Shown: positions 11,792 through 25,330, counted from the stretch's first letter. The stretch: 64,000 nucleotides of DNA from Dendrobates tinctorius (GCF_039654945.1 NW_027361899.1:3410001-3474000), one strand, 5' to 3'. Numbers and translations: made by a program. Notes: generated from the letters alone by a model not told the origin.

Positions 11792-14117
11792 AGTATCTAA
11801 TCCTGAGTGATACTGACTGCTGAGTTGTGTATCTAATCCTCTCCTGTGTGATACTGCCTGCTGAGCTGTGTATCTAATCCTCTCCTGTGTGATACTGACT
11901 CCTGAGCCGTGTATCTAATCCTATCCTGTGTGATACTGACTGCTGAGCCGTGTATCTAATCCTATCCTGTGTGATACTGACTGCTGAGCCGTGTATCTAA
12001 TCCTATCCTGTGTGATACTGACTGCTGAGCCGTGTATCTAATCCTATCCTGTGTGATACTGACTGCTGAGCCGTGTATCTAGTCCTATCCTGTGTGATAC
12101 TGACTGCTGAGCCGTGTATCTAATCCTATCCTGTGTGATACTGACTGCTGAGCTGTGTATCTAATCCTCTCCTGTGTGATACTGTCTGCTGAGCTGTGTA
12201 TCTAATCCTATCCTCTGTGATATTGTCTGCTGAGCCGTGTATCTAATCCTCTCCTGTGTGATACTGACTGCTGAGCCGTGTACCTAATCCTCTCCTGTGT
12301 GATACTGTCTGCTGAGCCGTGTATCTAATCCTCTCCTGTGTGATACTGTCTGCTGAGCCATGTGTCTAATCCTATCCTGTGTGATACTGACTGCTGAGCT
12401 GTGTATCTAATCCTCTCCTGTGTGATACTGACTGCTGAGCCGTGTATCTAATCCTCTCCTGTGTGATACTGACTGCTGAGCCGTGTATCTAATCCTATCC
12501 TGTGTGATACTGACTGCTGAGCCGTGTATCTAATCCTCTCCTGTGTGATACTGACTGCTGAGTCGTGTATCTAATCCTATCCTGTGTGATACTGACTGCT
12601 GAGCCGTGTATCTAATCCTATCCTGTGTGATACTGACTGCTGAGCCGTGTATCTAATCCTATCCTGTGTGATACTGACTGCTGAGCCGTGTATCTAATCC
12701 TATCCTGTGTGATACTGTCTGCTGAGCCATGTATCTAATCCTCTCCTGTGTGATACTGTCTGCTGAGCCGTGTATCTAATCCTATCCTGTGTGATACTGA
12801 CTGCTGAGCCGTGTATCTAATCCTATCCTGTGTGATACTGACTGCTGAGCCATGTGTCTAATCCTATCCTGTGTGATACTGACTGCTGAGCTGTGTATCT
12901 AATCCTCTCCTGTGTGATACTGACTGCTGAGCCGTGTATCTAATCCTATCCTGTGTGATACTGACTGCTGAGCCGTGTATCTAATCCTATCCTGTGTGAT
13001 ACTGACTGCTGAGCCGTGTATCTAATCCTATCCTGTGTGATACTGACTGCTGAGCTGTGTATCTAATCCTATCCTGTGTGATACTGACTGCTGAGCCATG
13101 TATCTAATCCTATCCTGTGTGATACTGACTGCTGAGCCGTGTATCTAATCCTATCCTGTGTGATACTGACTGCTGAGCCGTGTATCTAATCCTATCCTGT
13201 GTGATACTGTCTGCTGAGCCATGTATCTAATCCTCTCCTGTGTGATACTGTCTGCTGAGCCGTGTATCTAATCCTATCCTGTGTGATACTGACTGCTGAG
13301 CCGTGTATCTAATCCTATCCTGTGTGATACTGTCTGCTGAGCCATGTATCTAATCCTCTCCTGTGTGATACTGTCTGCTGAGCCGTGTATCTAATCCTAT
13401 CCTGTGTGATACTGACTGCTGAGCCGTGTATCTAATCCTATCCTGTGTGATACTGTCTGCTGAGCCATGTATCTAATCCTCTCCTGTGTGATACTGACTG
13501 CTGAGCTGTGTATCTAATCCTCTCCTGTGTGATACTGACTGCTGAGCTGTGTATCTAATCCTATCCTGTGTGATACTGTCTGCTGAGCCATGTATCTAAT
13601 CCTCTCCTGTGTGATACTGTCTGCTGAGCCGTGTATCTAATCCTATCCTGTGTGATACTGACTGCTGAGCCGTATATCTAATCCTATCCTGTGTGATACT
13701 GTCTGCTGAGCCGTGTATCTAGTCCTATCCTGTGTGATACTGACTGCTGAGCCGTGTATCTAATCCTCTCCTGTGTGATACTGACTGCTGAGCCGTGTAT
13801 CTAATCCTCTCCTGTGTGATACTGACTGCTGAGCCGTGTATCTAATCCTCTCCTGTGTGATACTGACTGCTGAGCCGTGTATCTAATCCTCTCCTGTGTG
13901 ATACTGTCTGCTGAGCCGTGTATCTAGTCCTATCCTGTGTGATACTGACTGCTGAGCCGTGTATCTAATCCTCTCCTGTGTGATACTGTCTGCTGAGCCA
14001 TGTATCTAATCCTCTCCTGTGTGATACTGACTGCTGAGCTGTGTATCTAATCCTCTCCTGTGTGATACTGACTGCTGAGCTGTGTATCTAATCCTCTCCT
14101 GTGTGATACTGTCTGAG
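11792..14117. repeat. 41-bp satellite, about 56 copies
   Basis: Unit tgtatctaatcctWtcctgtgtgatactgWctgctgagccg. Confidence 0.95.
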
Positions 14118-14294
14118 GTTGGTATGAGGTTGGACACGCTGTAGCAGCATCTTGTGACATGTGGTGCTCCAGTCACTTTCCTAACAGTCGGACTCGTCCA
14201 TTTCTTCACACCCACCATCATGCTGCTACCTGGGATAAACCTAATGAAGTAGGATGGGAGACATTTTGGATTTGGCAGAGGAACCACAGACATG

Positions 14295-17200
14295 TGTAGG
14301 GAAGGTGACCTGACGGACGGACGGACGTGTCAGAATAGAGAAAGATAGGTTTGCACAGTGTAGGTAGGTGTCAGTTATTACAGTGGGGAAACAGCTGAGA
14401 AACTGTAGTAGACGTGCAGTACCTTGGGTTGACCATTAGAGGGCAGGGAGGAGTGTGAGCATAGAACTTGACATCAGCTTAGGGCTTTAGAAACCGTTGG
14501 TCATGGGGGCGGAGTTACAGTGGCAGGGGACCGGGAGAGATATAAATACTGAGGGAGGGTTCCAGAAGGTTCCAGTCCCCAGGGGGAGCTCAGGTGACAG
14601 GAGGACTACGACAGTCTGGGCACTCTGAGGAAAACCAAAGCAGGGGGACTGAGGAGAGAGAAAGTCAGGGGGGTGGTCCTGACACAAAAGTACCGCAGAA
14701 AAGACGAGACACTGAGGTAAAGCACACCGTACTGAGAGAGACGACTGATCAGGAAAAGTGCTGTTGGTTAGAGGCCTAGGGCGGCCACAGTGACGGATCT
14801 GACAGGGGCGTCGAAGAGTGAAGAGGGGACGGTGTACGCATACACGATCCCAGTGTAAAGTACGGTGTGCGGGAAGCGGCTCCGGGAACGGAGGGCCGAT
14901 AAGTAAAGTGAAGAAGTACATTGAAGTGCGGTGTACTGCGGAGGCTGTCAAGTGGACGGCCAGAGAATAAAGCTTGGACCTGCTGTACCCGACATTTGCC
15001 TCCATCGTGTCACTGTTACATCTCTGCGCGGTATAAAGAGGGACCCCCCCAGCTCGGCCCACCTCTACATTTGGCGTAGTCGGCAGGATTGCCGCCGCTA
15101 ATACGCTATCTTCTGCGGCAGGCCTGCGTCTGAAGGACTGAGAAAAACTTGGGCTGCTCTATTTTGGATTATAAACACCTGTAGACTACCAATTACTGAC
15201 CTGTGGATTACAAATTGGGACGCTGTGGCGGATCTGCGTTGCTGCAGAGGATCCAAGGCAGCAGCTGATTCTGCCCAAGATGGCGGTATTACTCCAACGC
15301 AGGAGAGAGGTCCGGGTGTTTGCCATGGTTCCGGATGGACTGGGGCCCCCTCCAACGTACTCCTGGGGGAAACGATATGTGCCAGGAGGCCTCGGGCGCC
15401 TGGAGTGGCGATGGCGTCGGGAGATCGAGTCCCGCTGGGAGTCATGGACAGTCTACCAGATCTCAGACGGAGAAGAGTGGTTGCGGACCCTACAGGAGCA
15501 ACCGCCAAAGACATCACCGGGAAGCCTCCCCGCGGACCTCCTGAGCCTGAAGGCCAGCCCCGCCGGACGTCGGGGTGAAGAACAGAGACTGCGGGAGAAG
15601 CCGCGGGAAGATGTGACGGAGGCCGTGACGTCGGGGAAGGTGAGAGTTCCCCCGGCTCTGCCAGCGGCTCCGCAAGAAGTCCCCGCTACTCAGCCGCAGA
15701 ACGCGGCCCCGTGTATCCGAAAGTCTGGCCGAGGAGGCCCTTACTGTTTATGCTGAGCTGAGCAGGGCCTCCGTTACTGTTCCTGATTCATCATGCCCGG
15801 TGGCGCCACGTCTGGTGTCGCCGGTGCGGAGACTGTCTACAAAAGGCGCTGCTGCATGTCCCCTACCGATAGCGACCACATTCCTGGAAACGGCTGCTAC
15901 TCCGGCTCCGTCTGGAACTCCGGGTGCGGCCTATCCCGCGGCCGCGGCTATGCCGGCGTTGGAGCCGGCTGCGGCCTATGTGTCAGGCCCTGTGGCCCAA
16001 TCTGCGAGAAATCCGGCTGTCCCTGCCCGCCACCAGGCCCCAGCGGCTGCTGGGCCGTTGACATCATCAGCTGCCTCTGCCCCGCCGTCATCCTCGGTTA
16101 AGTCCCGCCCACCGGACTCCAGGGCTAGTACCGGACCCTCTGTTTGGGTCGCAGGAGTTATAAAGAAGAAGAGGGCCAGGGAGCAGGAAGTCTGGAACCT
16201 GCTCCATGAGAGGAGAGAGGCTGGCATGGTGGCTGCACGATCCCCGGGACGGCTCGTTTATACTAACTTGCAGAAAGGGACACTTCTTGCATCCTGGGAG
16301 CTCCACGGTTGTGGGGTCCCTTGCTACCAGCCACCAGGAGATGGCTTGAACTGTTGCGAATTCGCTATCTGCATAACGGTGTAATTGGGACAGTTTGCGT
16401 CCAGGTTAAAACAAAAATGTTTTTCTTGTTATAAGTGCTGAAATTGGTTTGCCTGACATAGCGGGGATGCAAAAAGAAAAGTGCCAATCTAAAGGAAGGG
16501 GGAAAGAGCCTGTTATATTTTTTTTGTTTGTTTTGTTGGTTAAAAAGAAAAAAAAATGGTAAATGAAAAAAAAAAAAAATAGAAAAAGGGGTACTATTGC
16601 TATTATAAAGTTGTTTTGTTGTATAATATGCAAAAGTAAATGCAACAGGTCCGGGTAAGGGAAGGTCTGTGGGACCAAAGGAAAGTGTGCGATCCCAAAA
16701 GGGGTCTAGATGTGGAGGAGGTCTGGGAGACCGAGACGCCGACCATGACATATAACTGAAAGAAAGGTAAAAGAGATGGAAGACGTGAGAAAGACAGCCG
16801 TCCTAGGTCAGGTCCCCGACACCACGGACACCCCGGAAGAAGGAAGGCGGGTGCCGACAATGATCTGGTAGGTGTGAGGCCTCGATCATGGTGTACCGGA
16901 TAGTGGAACGTGACAGAAGGGGAGAGTAGGGGAAGGTACATGCCATAGAGAGAATATGGGTGTACCTAGGCCAAATTTTAAAGACGTTGTCATGTGGCGT
17001 GCGCGCTGGTGGGTAGCAGTAGGCTGCTCAGAGCAGGGTGCTCCCAGTATGGTTTGGCCCCCGCAGGAAGTGGGTTTGGCCCAACAGCTGGTCCGACAAC
17101 AGAGTGTAGGTGAAGCTTCAGAACGACGAAGGCAGGGATTACGAATTGTCGAGGATGACAATAGACAAAGGAAGGAGGAGTGTAGGGAAGGTGACCTGAC

Positions 17201-17952
17201 GGACGTACGTACGTGTCAGAATAGAGAAAGATAGGTTTGCACAGTTTAGACAGGTGTCAGTTACTACAGTGGGGGAAACAGCTAGGAAAGTGTAGTGGAC
17301 GTGCAGTACCTTGGGTTGACCATTAGTGTGAGCAAAGGACTTGACATCAGCTTAGGGCTTTAGAAACCGTTGGTCATGGGGGGCGGAGTTACAGTGACAG
17401 GGATCGGGAGAGATATAAATACTGAGGGAGGGTTCCAGAAAGTTCCAGTCCCCAGGGGGAGCTCAAGTGACAGGAGGACTACGACAATCTGGGCACTCTG
17501 AGGAAAACCAAACCAGGGGGACTGAGGAGAGAGAATGTCAGGGGGGTGGTCCTGACAGGAAAGTACCGCGGAATAGACGAGGCATCGAGGTAAAGCACAC
17601 CGTACTGAGAGAGACTACTGTTCAGTAAAATTACTGTTGGTTACAGGCCTAGGGCGGCCACAGTGACGCATCTGACAGGAGTGTCAACGAGTGAAGAGGG
17701 GATGGTGTACGCATACACGTCCCTAGTGTAAAGTACGGTGTGCGGGAAGCGGCTCTGGAAACGGAGGGCCGACAAGTAAAGCGAAGTAAAGTGTATTGCA
17801 TTGAAGTGCGGTGTACTGCGGAGGCTGTCAAGTGGACGGCCAGAGAATAAAGCTTGGACCTGTTGTACCCGACATTTGCCTCCATCGAGTCTCTGTTACA
17901 TCTCTGCGTGGTATAAAGAGGGACCACCCCCCCAGCTCGGCCCACCTCTACA
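14295..17952 (+). mobile_element. Non-autonomous LTR retrotransposon (Gypsy-like)
   Basis: LTRs 14295-15069 and 17181-17952 (TGTAG...CTACA); 4-bp TSD CATG; PBS at 15072; PPT aaaggaaggaggag at 17167-17180. No RT, RNase H or integrase recognisable in the 2.1-kb interior. Confidence 0.92.
15072..15090 (+). promoter_or_regulatory. Primer-binding site complementary to the tRNA-Ser 3' end
   Basis: tggcgtagtcggcaggatt is the reverse complement of ...AATCCTGCCGACTACGCCA; starts after a 2-nt gap from the 5' LTR. Confidence 0.85.
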
Positions 17953-19005
17953 CATGGCCTGGATGGCAGAGGAACCACAGACATGGACCGGATGGCGGAG
18001 GAACCACAGACATGGACTGGATAGCAGAGGAACCACAGACATGGACTGGACAGCGGAGGAACCACAGACATGGACCGGATAGCGGAGGAACCAGACATGG
18101 ACCGGACGGCAGAGGAACCACAGACATGGACCAGATGGCGGAAGAACCACAGATATGGACCGGATGGCGGAGGAACCACAGACATGGACTGGATGGCAGA
18201 GGAACCACAGACATGGACCGGATAGCGGAGGAACCACAGACATGGACTGGACAGCGGAGGAACCACAGACATGGACCGGACGGCAGAGGAACCACAGACA
18301 TGGACCAGATGGCGGAGGAACCACAGATATGGACCGGATGGCGGAGGAACCACAGACATGGACTGGATGGCAGAGGAACCACAGACATGGACCGGATAGC
18401 GGAGGAACCACAGACATGGACCGGATGGCAGAGGAACCACAGACATGGACCGGTTAGCGGAGGAACCACAGACATGGACCGGTTAGCGGAGGAACCACAG
18501 ACATGGACAGGATAGCGGAGGAACCACAGACATGGACCGGACGGCAGAGGAACCACAGACATGGACCAGATGGCGGAGGAACCACAGACATGGACCAGAT
18601 GGCAGAGGAACCACAGACATGGACCGGATAGCGGAGGAACCACAGACATGGACCGGATAGCGGAGGAACCACAGACATGGACTGGATAGCGGAGGAACCA
18701 CAGACATGGACTGGACGGAGGAGCAACCACAGACATGGACCGGACGGCGGAGGAACCACAGACATGGACCGGACGGAGGAGAAGCCACAGACATGGACCG
18801 GACGGCGGAGGAACCACAGACATGGACCGGACGGCGGAGGAACCACAGACATGGACCGGACGGCGGAGGAACCACAGACATGGACCGGACGGAGGAGGAA
18901 CCACAGACATGGACCAGATGGCGGAGGAACCACAGACCTGGACCGGATGGCGGAGGAACCACAGACATGGACCGGACGGAGGAGGAACCACAGACATGGA
19001 CCGGA
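17953..19005. repeat. 29-bp minisatellite; first unit lies at 14272-14294, before the LTR element
   Basis: Unit ggaaccacagacatggaccggatggcgga. Confidence 0.93.
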
Positions 19006-19523
19006 CTGAGCAGTTTCCTTGTGTGTTAGATTTTGGGTTTCCATCCAAGCAGAGGAACTAATAGTGATCCTCATCCATGAGGCTTTATGAGGCGGGGCCC
19101 CTCACTTCGGCCGCTGTGGCCCTTATACCTGCACCTACCGATCTAGTGACGTCAGGAGCCGCTGTGTGAGGTGGGAGAGTCTAACCTCCAGATCACAGAA
19201 TTCAGATGTGGAAGTTGTGGGAAGACAGAACGGTGACAGCATAGACTCGTCCAGGAGATCAGCGACTTTCTGCACCGAAGGATTGGACACGATCCTGGAA
19301 TCTTCTGAGGTTTCTTCCAGGAAGCCCCAGCGATGACGACTTCTTACTGCAGAGAAAATTTCCTCTCCTGCAAACTTTCCTCTCCGGCGCTAATTTACTG
19401 CAGGAAGCGGAAAGCGGAGCTTCACTAGATGAGGTGATCGGGTCGGCAGCAGCGGATATTGATTGCCTGTCTGATCTCTACAGGACGCTGGGAGAGCTGT
19501 GATATTAGTGATGATTAATAAGA

Positions 19524-20990
19524 CAGCACCACACAGAGCGGGAGGACGCGGAGAGGGCACCACGCAGAGCGGGAGGACGCGGAGAGGGCACCACGCAGAG
19601 CGGGAGGACGCGGAGAGTGTACCGCACACAGCAGAGCGGGAGGACGCGGAGAGGGCACCGCGCAGAGCGGGAGGACGAGGAGAGTGTACCACGCACAGCA
19701 GAGCGGGAGGACGAGGAGAGTGTACCGCACACACCAGAGCGGGAGGACGCGGAGAGGGCACCGCGCAGAGCGGGAGGACGAGGAGAGTGTACCACGCACA
19801 GCAGAGCGGGAGGACGAGGAGAGTGTACCGCACACAGCAGAGCGGGAGGACGCTTAGAGAGCACTGCGCAGAGCGAGAGGACGAGGAGAGTGTACTGCGC
19901 ACAGCAGAGCGGGAGGACGCAGAGAGGGCACCATGCAGAGCGGGAGTATGAGTATACCACGCACAGCAGAGCAGAAGAATGCAGAGAGGGCACCGTGCAG
20001 AGCGGGAGGACGCGGGGAGGGCACCGTGCAGAGCGGGAGGACGCGGAGAGGGCACAGCGCAGAGCGGGAGGACGCGGAGAGGGCACCGCGCAGAGCGGGA
20101 GGACGCGGAGAGGGCACCGCGCAGAGCAGGAGGACGCAGAGTGGGCACCACACAGAGCAGGAGGACGAGGAGAGGGCATCGCACAGCGAGGGAGGACGCG
20201 GAGAGGGCACTGTGCAGAGCGGGAGGACGCGGAGAGGGCACCTCGCAGAGCAGGAGGACGCGGAGAGGGCACCTCGCAGAGCAGGAGGATGTGGAAAGGG
20301 CACTGTGCAGAGCGGGAGGACGAGGAGAGGGCATCGCGCAGAGCGGGAGGACGAGGAGAGTTTACCACGCACAGCAGAGCGGGAGGACGCAGAGAGGGCA
20401 CCGCACAGAGTGGGAGGACGAGGAGAGTGTACCGCACACTGCAGAGCCGGAGAACACAGAGAGGGCACCGTGCAGAGCAGGAGGACGCGGAGAGGGCACC
20501 GTGCAGCGCGGGAGGACATGGAGAGAGCACCGTGCAGAGCAGGAGGACGAGGAGAGTGTACCGCGCACAGTAGAGCGAGAGGATGCAGAGAGGGCACCAC
20601 GCAGAGAGAGGACATGGAGAGTGTACCGTGCAGAGCGGGAGGACGAAGAGAGTGTACCGAGCAGAGCAGGGCGAGAGGACACGGAGAGGGCACCGTGCAG
20701 AGCGAGAGGACGTGGAGGGGGCACCGTGCAGAGCAAGACGAGGAGAGGACACTGCAAACAGCAGAGCAGGAGGACGCAGAGAGGGCACCACACAGAGCAG
20801 AGCAGGAGGACGCAGAGAGGGCCCCACGCAGAGTGGAAGGACACGGAGGGCACCTCGCAGAGCGGAAGGATGCAGAGAGTGCACCACGCACAGCAGAGCA
20901 GGAGGATGTGGAGAGAGCACTGTGCACAGCAGAGAGGGAGGACGTAGAGAGTGCACCGCGCAGATTGAGAGGATGTGGAGAGGGCACAGG
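19524..20990. repeat. 29/34-bp GC-rich minisatellite, increasingly degenerate to the right
   Basis: Unit gcagagcgggaggacgcggagagggcacc. Confidence 0.9.
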
Positions 20991-21026
20991 ACAGACAGCG
21001 TTGGCCTGATATGTTCCCATCGCTCA

Positions 21027-21691
21027 TGTCACGATCCATGTTTGGATTTGTGGCAGCTCTGGTTCCTCAGTTTAAAACTTTTTTCCTTGTGGACCTTCAG
21101 GGGTTAATGTAATTTTTTCCACCGCTGGCAATCTGGTGTTACTGCAGTGCTGCTGGGTCAACTGATGTGGGTGGTGGCCACTCCCACCATCCTATAAAAG
21201 GTCACCTGATGCATCAGCTGACTGTTGGTGATACAGGTCCTTTCTGAAGACCAGCCTAGCAGGAGCAGCTCTCTGGTGTCAGCCACGTCTGGTGTTTGGA
21301 GTCCAGTTGCTGTTGTTATTCGTGGTGTGGAGCTTAGCAGCGGTGTACATAAGCTAAGTGTGGTGTTTTTGTTACTTTGTGCCTTTGGTGTCTGTCACTA
21401 TCCCCTGTATGTTATTATCTGCAGAGGTGAGGCTAGTGCTCCGTACCGGCCAGTGCACTAGCCAGGGCAAGTAATAGGTGACTACTAGGGACGAGGTATC
21501 CTGACGGCGGAGGGGGGAAAGACACGCATAGGGCGTTAGGTGAATGCAGGGACAGGCTCAGCTTGTAGCTCAGGTGGTGACCATCCCTCATTCCCTATTG
21601 GTAGGGCCTTCCTCTCACCTATACCATCCCTGTTGTATGTGTTTTGTGCCGCCATTGGGGCAGATACATCGGCTTTGGGGCGGCCATGACT
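21027..21691 (+). mobile_element. Possible old solo LTR
   Basis: Starts TGTCACG, TATA-like cctataaaag at ~21192, ends catgac(t); flanks ctca/ctct. Termini are imperfect. Confidence 0.35.
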
Positions 21692-21717
21692 CTCTTGCCG
21701 TTGCCTGAAGCATTACC

Positions 21718-22023
21718 CAGGGTATTCATGGTTCTCGTGGTCCTGGGGTATTCATGGTTCTCAGGCCCCATTGGTATTCATGGTTCTCAGGCCCGGGGTA
21801 TTCATGGTTCTCAGGCCCCGGGGTATTCATGGTTCTCAGGCCCCGGGGTATTCATGGTTCTCGGGGTCCCGGGGTATTCATGGCTCTCAGGCCCCGGGGT
21901 ATTCATGGTTCTCGGGGCCCCGGGGTATTCATGGTTTTCGAGGCCCCACGGTATTCATGGGTCCCAGAATATTCATGGTTCTCGGGGCCCCGGGGTATTC
22001 ATGGTTCTTGGGGCCCCGGGGTA
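21718..22023. repeat. ~25-bp minisatellite
   Basis: Unit gggtattcatggttctcaggccccg. Confidence 0.88.
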
Positions 22024-22859
22024 ACCTCATTACAGCAGTCATTAATGGCGTTCGGCTTGGTGGATGGCGATGTATCAGCTCCACTAAGGTGCAGATTGTT
22101 GCAGGACCCGTCACAAACACGGACAGCAGTAAGTAATGAATCTACAGGTCGAGGGCCACAACAATTACACTTATTGGTTTCCAGAATGAGACGTCCATGT
22201 GTCTATGAGGTGAAGCATGGGGACTATGTCGCCGGAGTTGCGGCACCAGCAGAGCACGATGGCTTTACCTAATGGGCCATATTCAGTGGCTTTGATTGCA
22301 TGTCTAGAAGAAGAGCCGGAGCCCCGGAGTCCGATGTTCTTCCCAATCATTGCTACATATGGATCTCGCAGAGGGAGCGATAGATGCAGAAAGCTGGACG
22401 TATCTGTCATCTGAAGAACAATGTTTGGATTCAGCCGTTAGCGCCGGACCATTACCCCTCAGACAACACCTATTTATACATCGTCTATTGCTGGCAGAAT
22501 GATGTCCCCCGGGAACGAGGGCTGAGATTCTCCTGCACATCACAGGAACATGAAAAAGCCTTCATCAAACGTGCCGGATAACGATGGGCGCTGGGGAATT
22601 CACCAGGTTGAGGAGCCGTCCAGAAGCCAAAGGCAGGGACTGTTATATTATTCACAATGGAGAAACCTCTCATCCAAAGGATTCGGCATCGTCCAGAGGC
22701 GGAATATAGATTATCTCACAACTCGGAATGTCCATAGTTCAGCAGCCGGATACTCAGATTATTACAAACCAACGGCAAAGTAAAAAGGAGCCTCAGGTGC
22801 AAAACAGATTATTAAAGGGAGTCCAGCAGCAGCAAAGGACTGTTCAAACCAACCACATG

Positions 22860-23135
22860 TGCTTGGTGCACCCAGCTTGTGGCCGAGAGTTCGGTGCACC
22901 CGGCTTGTGGCCGAGAGTTCGGTGCACCCAGCTTGTGGCCGAGAGTTCGGTCCACCCGGCTTGTGGCCGAGAGTTCGGTGCTTGTGGCCGAGAGTTCGGT
23001 GCACCTGGCTTGTGGCCAAGAGTTCGGTGCTTGTGGCTGAGAGTTCGGTGCACCCAGCTTGTGGCTGAGAGTTCGGTGCACCCGGCTTGTGGCCGAGAGT
23101 TCGGTGCACCCGGCTTGTGGCCGAGAGTTCGGTGC
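22860..23135. repeat. 28-bp minisatellite
   Basis: Unit ggtgcacccggcttgtggccgagagttc. Confidence 0.88.
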
Positions 23136-23191
23136 TGTAGGATTTCAAAGAGTATCCAGTATATTGTTGCGGGTTATGGCCCCGTCTCCCT

Positions 23192-23230
23192 CCACCCCAA
23201 CGCACGTTTTGTCTTCACTTCATCAGGGCG
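23192..23230 (-). ncRNA. Decayed minimal hammerhead-ribozyme-like motif (Penelope-type)
   Basis: Minus strand cgcc-CTGATGA-agtgaagac-AAAA-cgtgcg-TT-ggggtgg. The GAAA box reads AAAA, consistent with CpG decay. Confidence 0.4.
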
Positions 23231-24119
23231 CCTGTCCTCAGCAGATCACCCACCTGGACTCCATTGCTTATTATAGGAGGCTGTAAATTATTAACCGACC
23301 GTCCAATGTCAGAAACCGGCAGAATAGTTGGCTGCGGACTCTACTGAGGATGATGGAGGACGATAGTGGAGGGCACGCCTTACAAACATTTACACTCATA
23401 AAGTGACCCATTTTTTTTTGAGGATTTTTGCCATGGCCTGATTGGAAGCTATTGGCGGTGGCGGGGATTATCGAGGATTAAGGCAAGTAAAGACAATGGT
23501 GCTGCGCCAACAATCAGATGCTTTTCCTCTTGGGGCTTCTTATTTATATTTCCATTTGAGGCTTTCAGATCCATTATTTACCTTCGTGTTATCGGGAAGT
23601 GGACACTTGTGATTGATGTGCCAGTGCAGAAGGCTCCGGGGAGTGATGACATCCACAGAGTGTATTGATCGGTGCGATGGCTTTGTGGTGAGACGTTTCC
23701 TCCAGTAATGGCTGATTCGGCCAACTAGAAGAGGCCATTCAGAGTGAATCCAATTCATTACACGAAGCTGTGACCGTCGCCAAACATAACAGAACTAAAC
23801 TTTTCACAGGAAACATTGTATTTGGGGCACCTTTCCATAGGACTGCATGTTCTCCGCTCTCACAGTGTCGACACACATCAGTTACGATATGATAACGGGG
23901 GACTCGTGGGACACATTTACTAATAGTATCATAACAGTAAAAAGAGAAATTTAATTTGATACAAAGTTCACCACGTTTTCAGGATTCCAGCTGCCCCATG
24001 AAATGAGCTGGAAAACACGACTAATGTGACAAGACTTTGCTCATTTTCGGGGTACAATTTAAAAGATTTCTCCAAAGGGTTGAGGTGACAATGTACAGAA
24101 TCTGAGATGATAGTGTTAC

Positions 24120-24316
24120 CTGTGTGTACAGAGGTTCATAGATGTCTACACCGTTGTCCTGATTGTGGGACAGCGTCTCCATCTCCCGTTTCCAGACGAA
24201 GCGAGCAGGTGGGTTGGAGCTGACAGTACATCGTAGGAACACGGTCTTCTCCTGATAGAAGCTCCCTCGCACGTCACTGATGGTCTGGTGAATGGTTAAA
24301 ATGGGTTCATCTAGAT
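24120..24316 (-). CDS. MDGA1: MDGA1 coding exon 4 (Ig domain 2)
   Basis: (Y)LDEPILTIHQTISDVRGSFYQEKTVFLRCTVSSNPPARFVWKREMETLSHNQDNGVDIYEPLYTQ. Acceptor ctttcctccAG, donor GTaaca; 197 bp, in frame with exon 3. Confidence 0.95.
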
Positions 24317-24479
24317 CTGGAGGAAAGGGTTACAATGCACATTTATAGTGGAACATATGACATTATTCTACTCAATATCTTCATTATGATTTGAGGTTTC
24401 ATTAATTTCTTCAAAATCTACCCATTGTGCAATGGATAAACCAATACAGAAAGAATAAAACAGACAAAAGCCCCCCCCC

Positions 24480-25330
24480 AAAAAAAAATCAACATTCCAG
24501 GAAACTAACCCACCATCCAAGAATCCATCCAACCTTCCAAGAACCTAATCTGACATCAAACCAACCCACTGTCTAACAAACCCACCATCCTACAAAAGAC
24601 CTAGCATTCAAAGAAAGCATAGGGCAGCCAATGAACTAACCCCAAAATCAAGGAAACAAAACTATGTTTGAAGAACCAAAAAAAACTTTGAAGAAACCAA
24701 TTCACTGTCCAATGAACTAAGAAGCCAACCCACCATTTAAGAAAAACTCAAGTGTGGAAATTTACTGTCCAATGACCAATCCAAGAAACCAATCCACAAA
24801 ACAAGAAATAAACCCAACCAGGAGAATCAGCTACAGAACATGTGCAACAACCCATGGGCCTTCTAATCAAGAAACCAACCTTGATGGACCTAGGTTTTTT
24901 TCTCAACCTATGCAACTATGTAACCTACTACCTAGGATCCAGTCCACCATCCAAGCAATTAGCCCAGCCAAGAGAATGAGTTAAGGAACATGTGCGCCAA
25001 CCAGATGACAACCAATGAGCCATGGAATCAGCTAAGGAACGTGTGCGCCAACCAATGAGCCCTCCAAATAAAGAAAGTAGCTTCATGCTCAAGAAACAAC
25101 TCACCTTTCAATAAATTAACCCACTATCCAGGAAACCAATCCACTATCCAAGAAATAAACCTAGCCAGGAGAATGAACTAAGGAAGTATGTGTAAGCCAT
25201 ACAACAACCAATAAGCCATGGAATCAGCTGAGGAACGCGTGTGCCAACCATTGAGCCCTCTAATCTAGAAAGCAACCCACTATCCAGGAAACCAAACCAC
25301 CATCCAAGGAACTAACCCATGAACTAAAAA
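24480..25330. repeat. Degenerate A/C-rich repeat
   Basis: Recurrent aaccaacccaccatccaagaa-like units and a repeated gaatcagctaaggaac block. Confidence 0.6.

Noticed and set aside
11792-14117. CRISPR-like periodicity in this and other arrays
   Set aside because: Units are contiguous with no unique spacers, there are no cas genes, and the context is eukaryotic.
15072-15090. tRNA gene
   Set aside because: Only the 19-nt complement of a tRNA 3' end including CCA, i.e. a primer-binding site.
17649-21107. Many overlapping ORFs of 100-480 aa
   Set aside because: All arise from 29/34-bp tandem repeats.
22025-22860. Possible decayed retroelement coding sequence
   Set aside because: No recognisable RT, endonuclease or other motif in the short ORFs.
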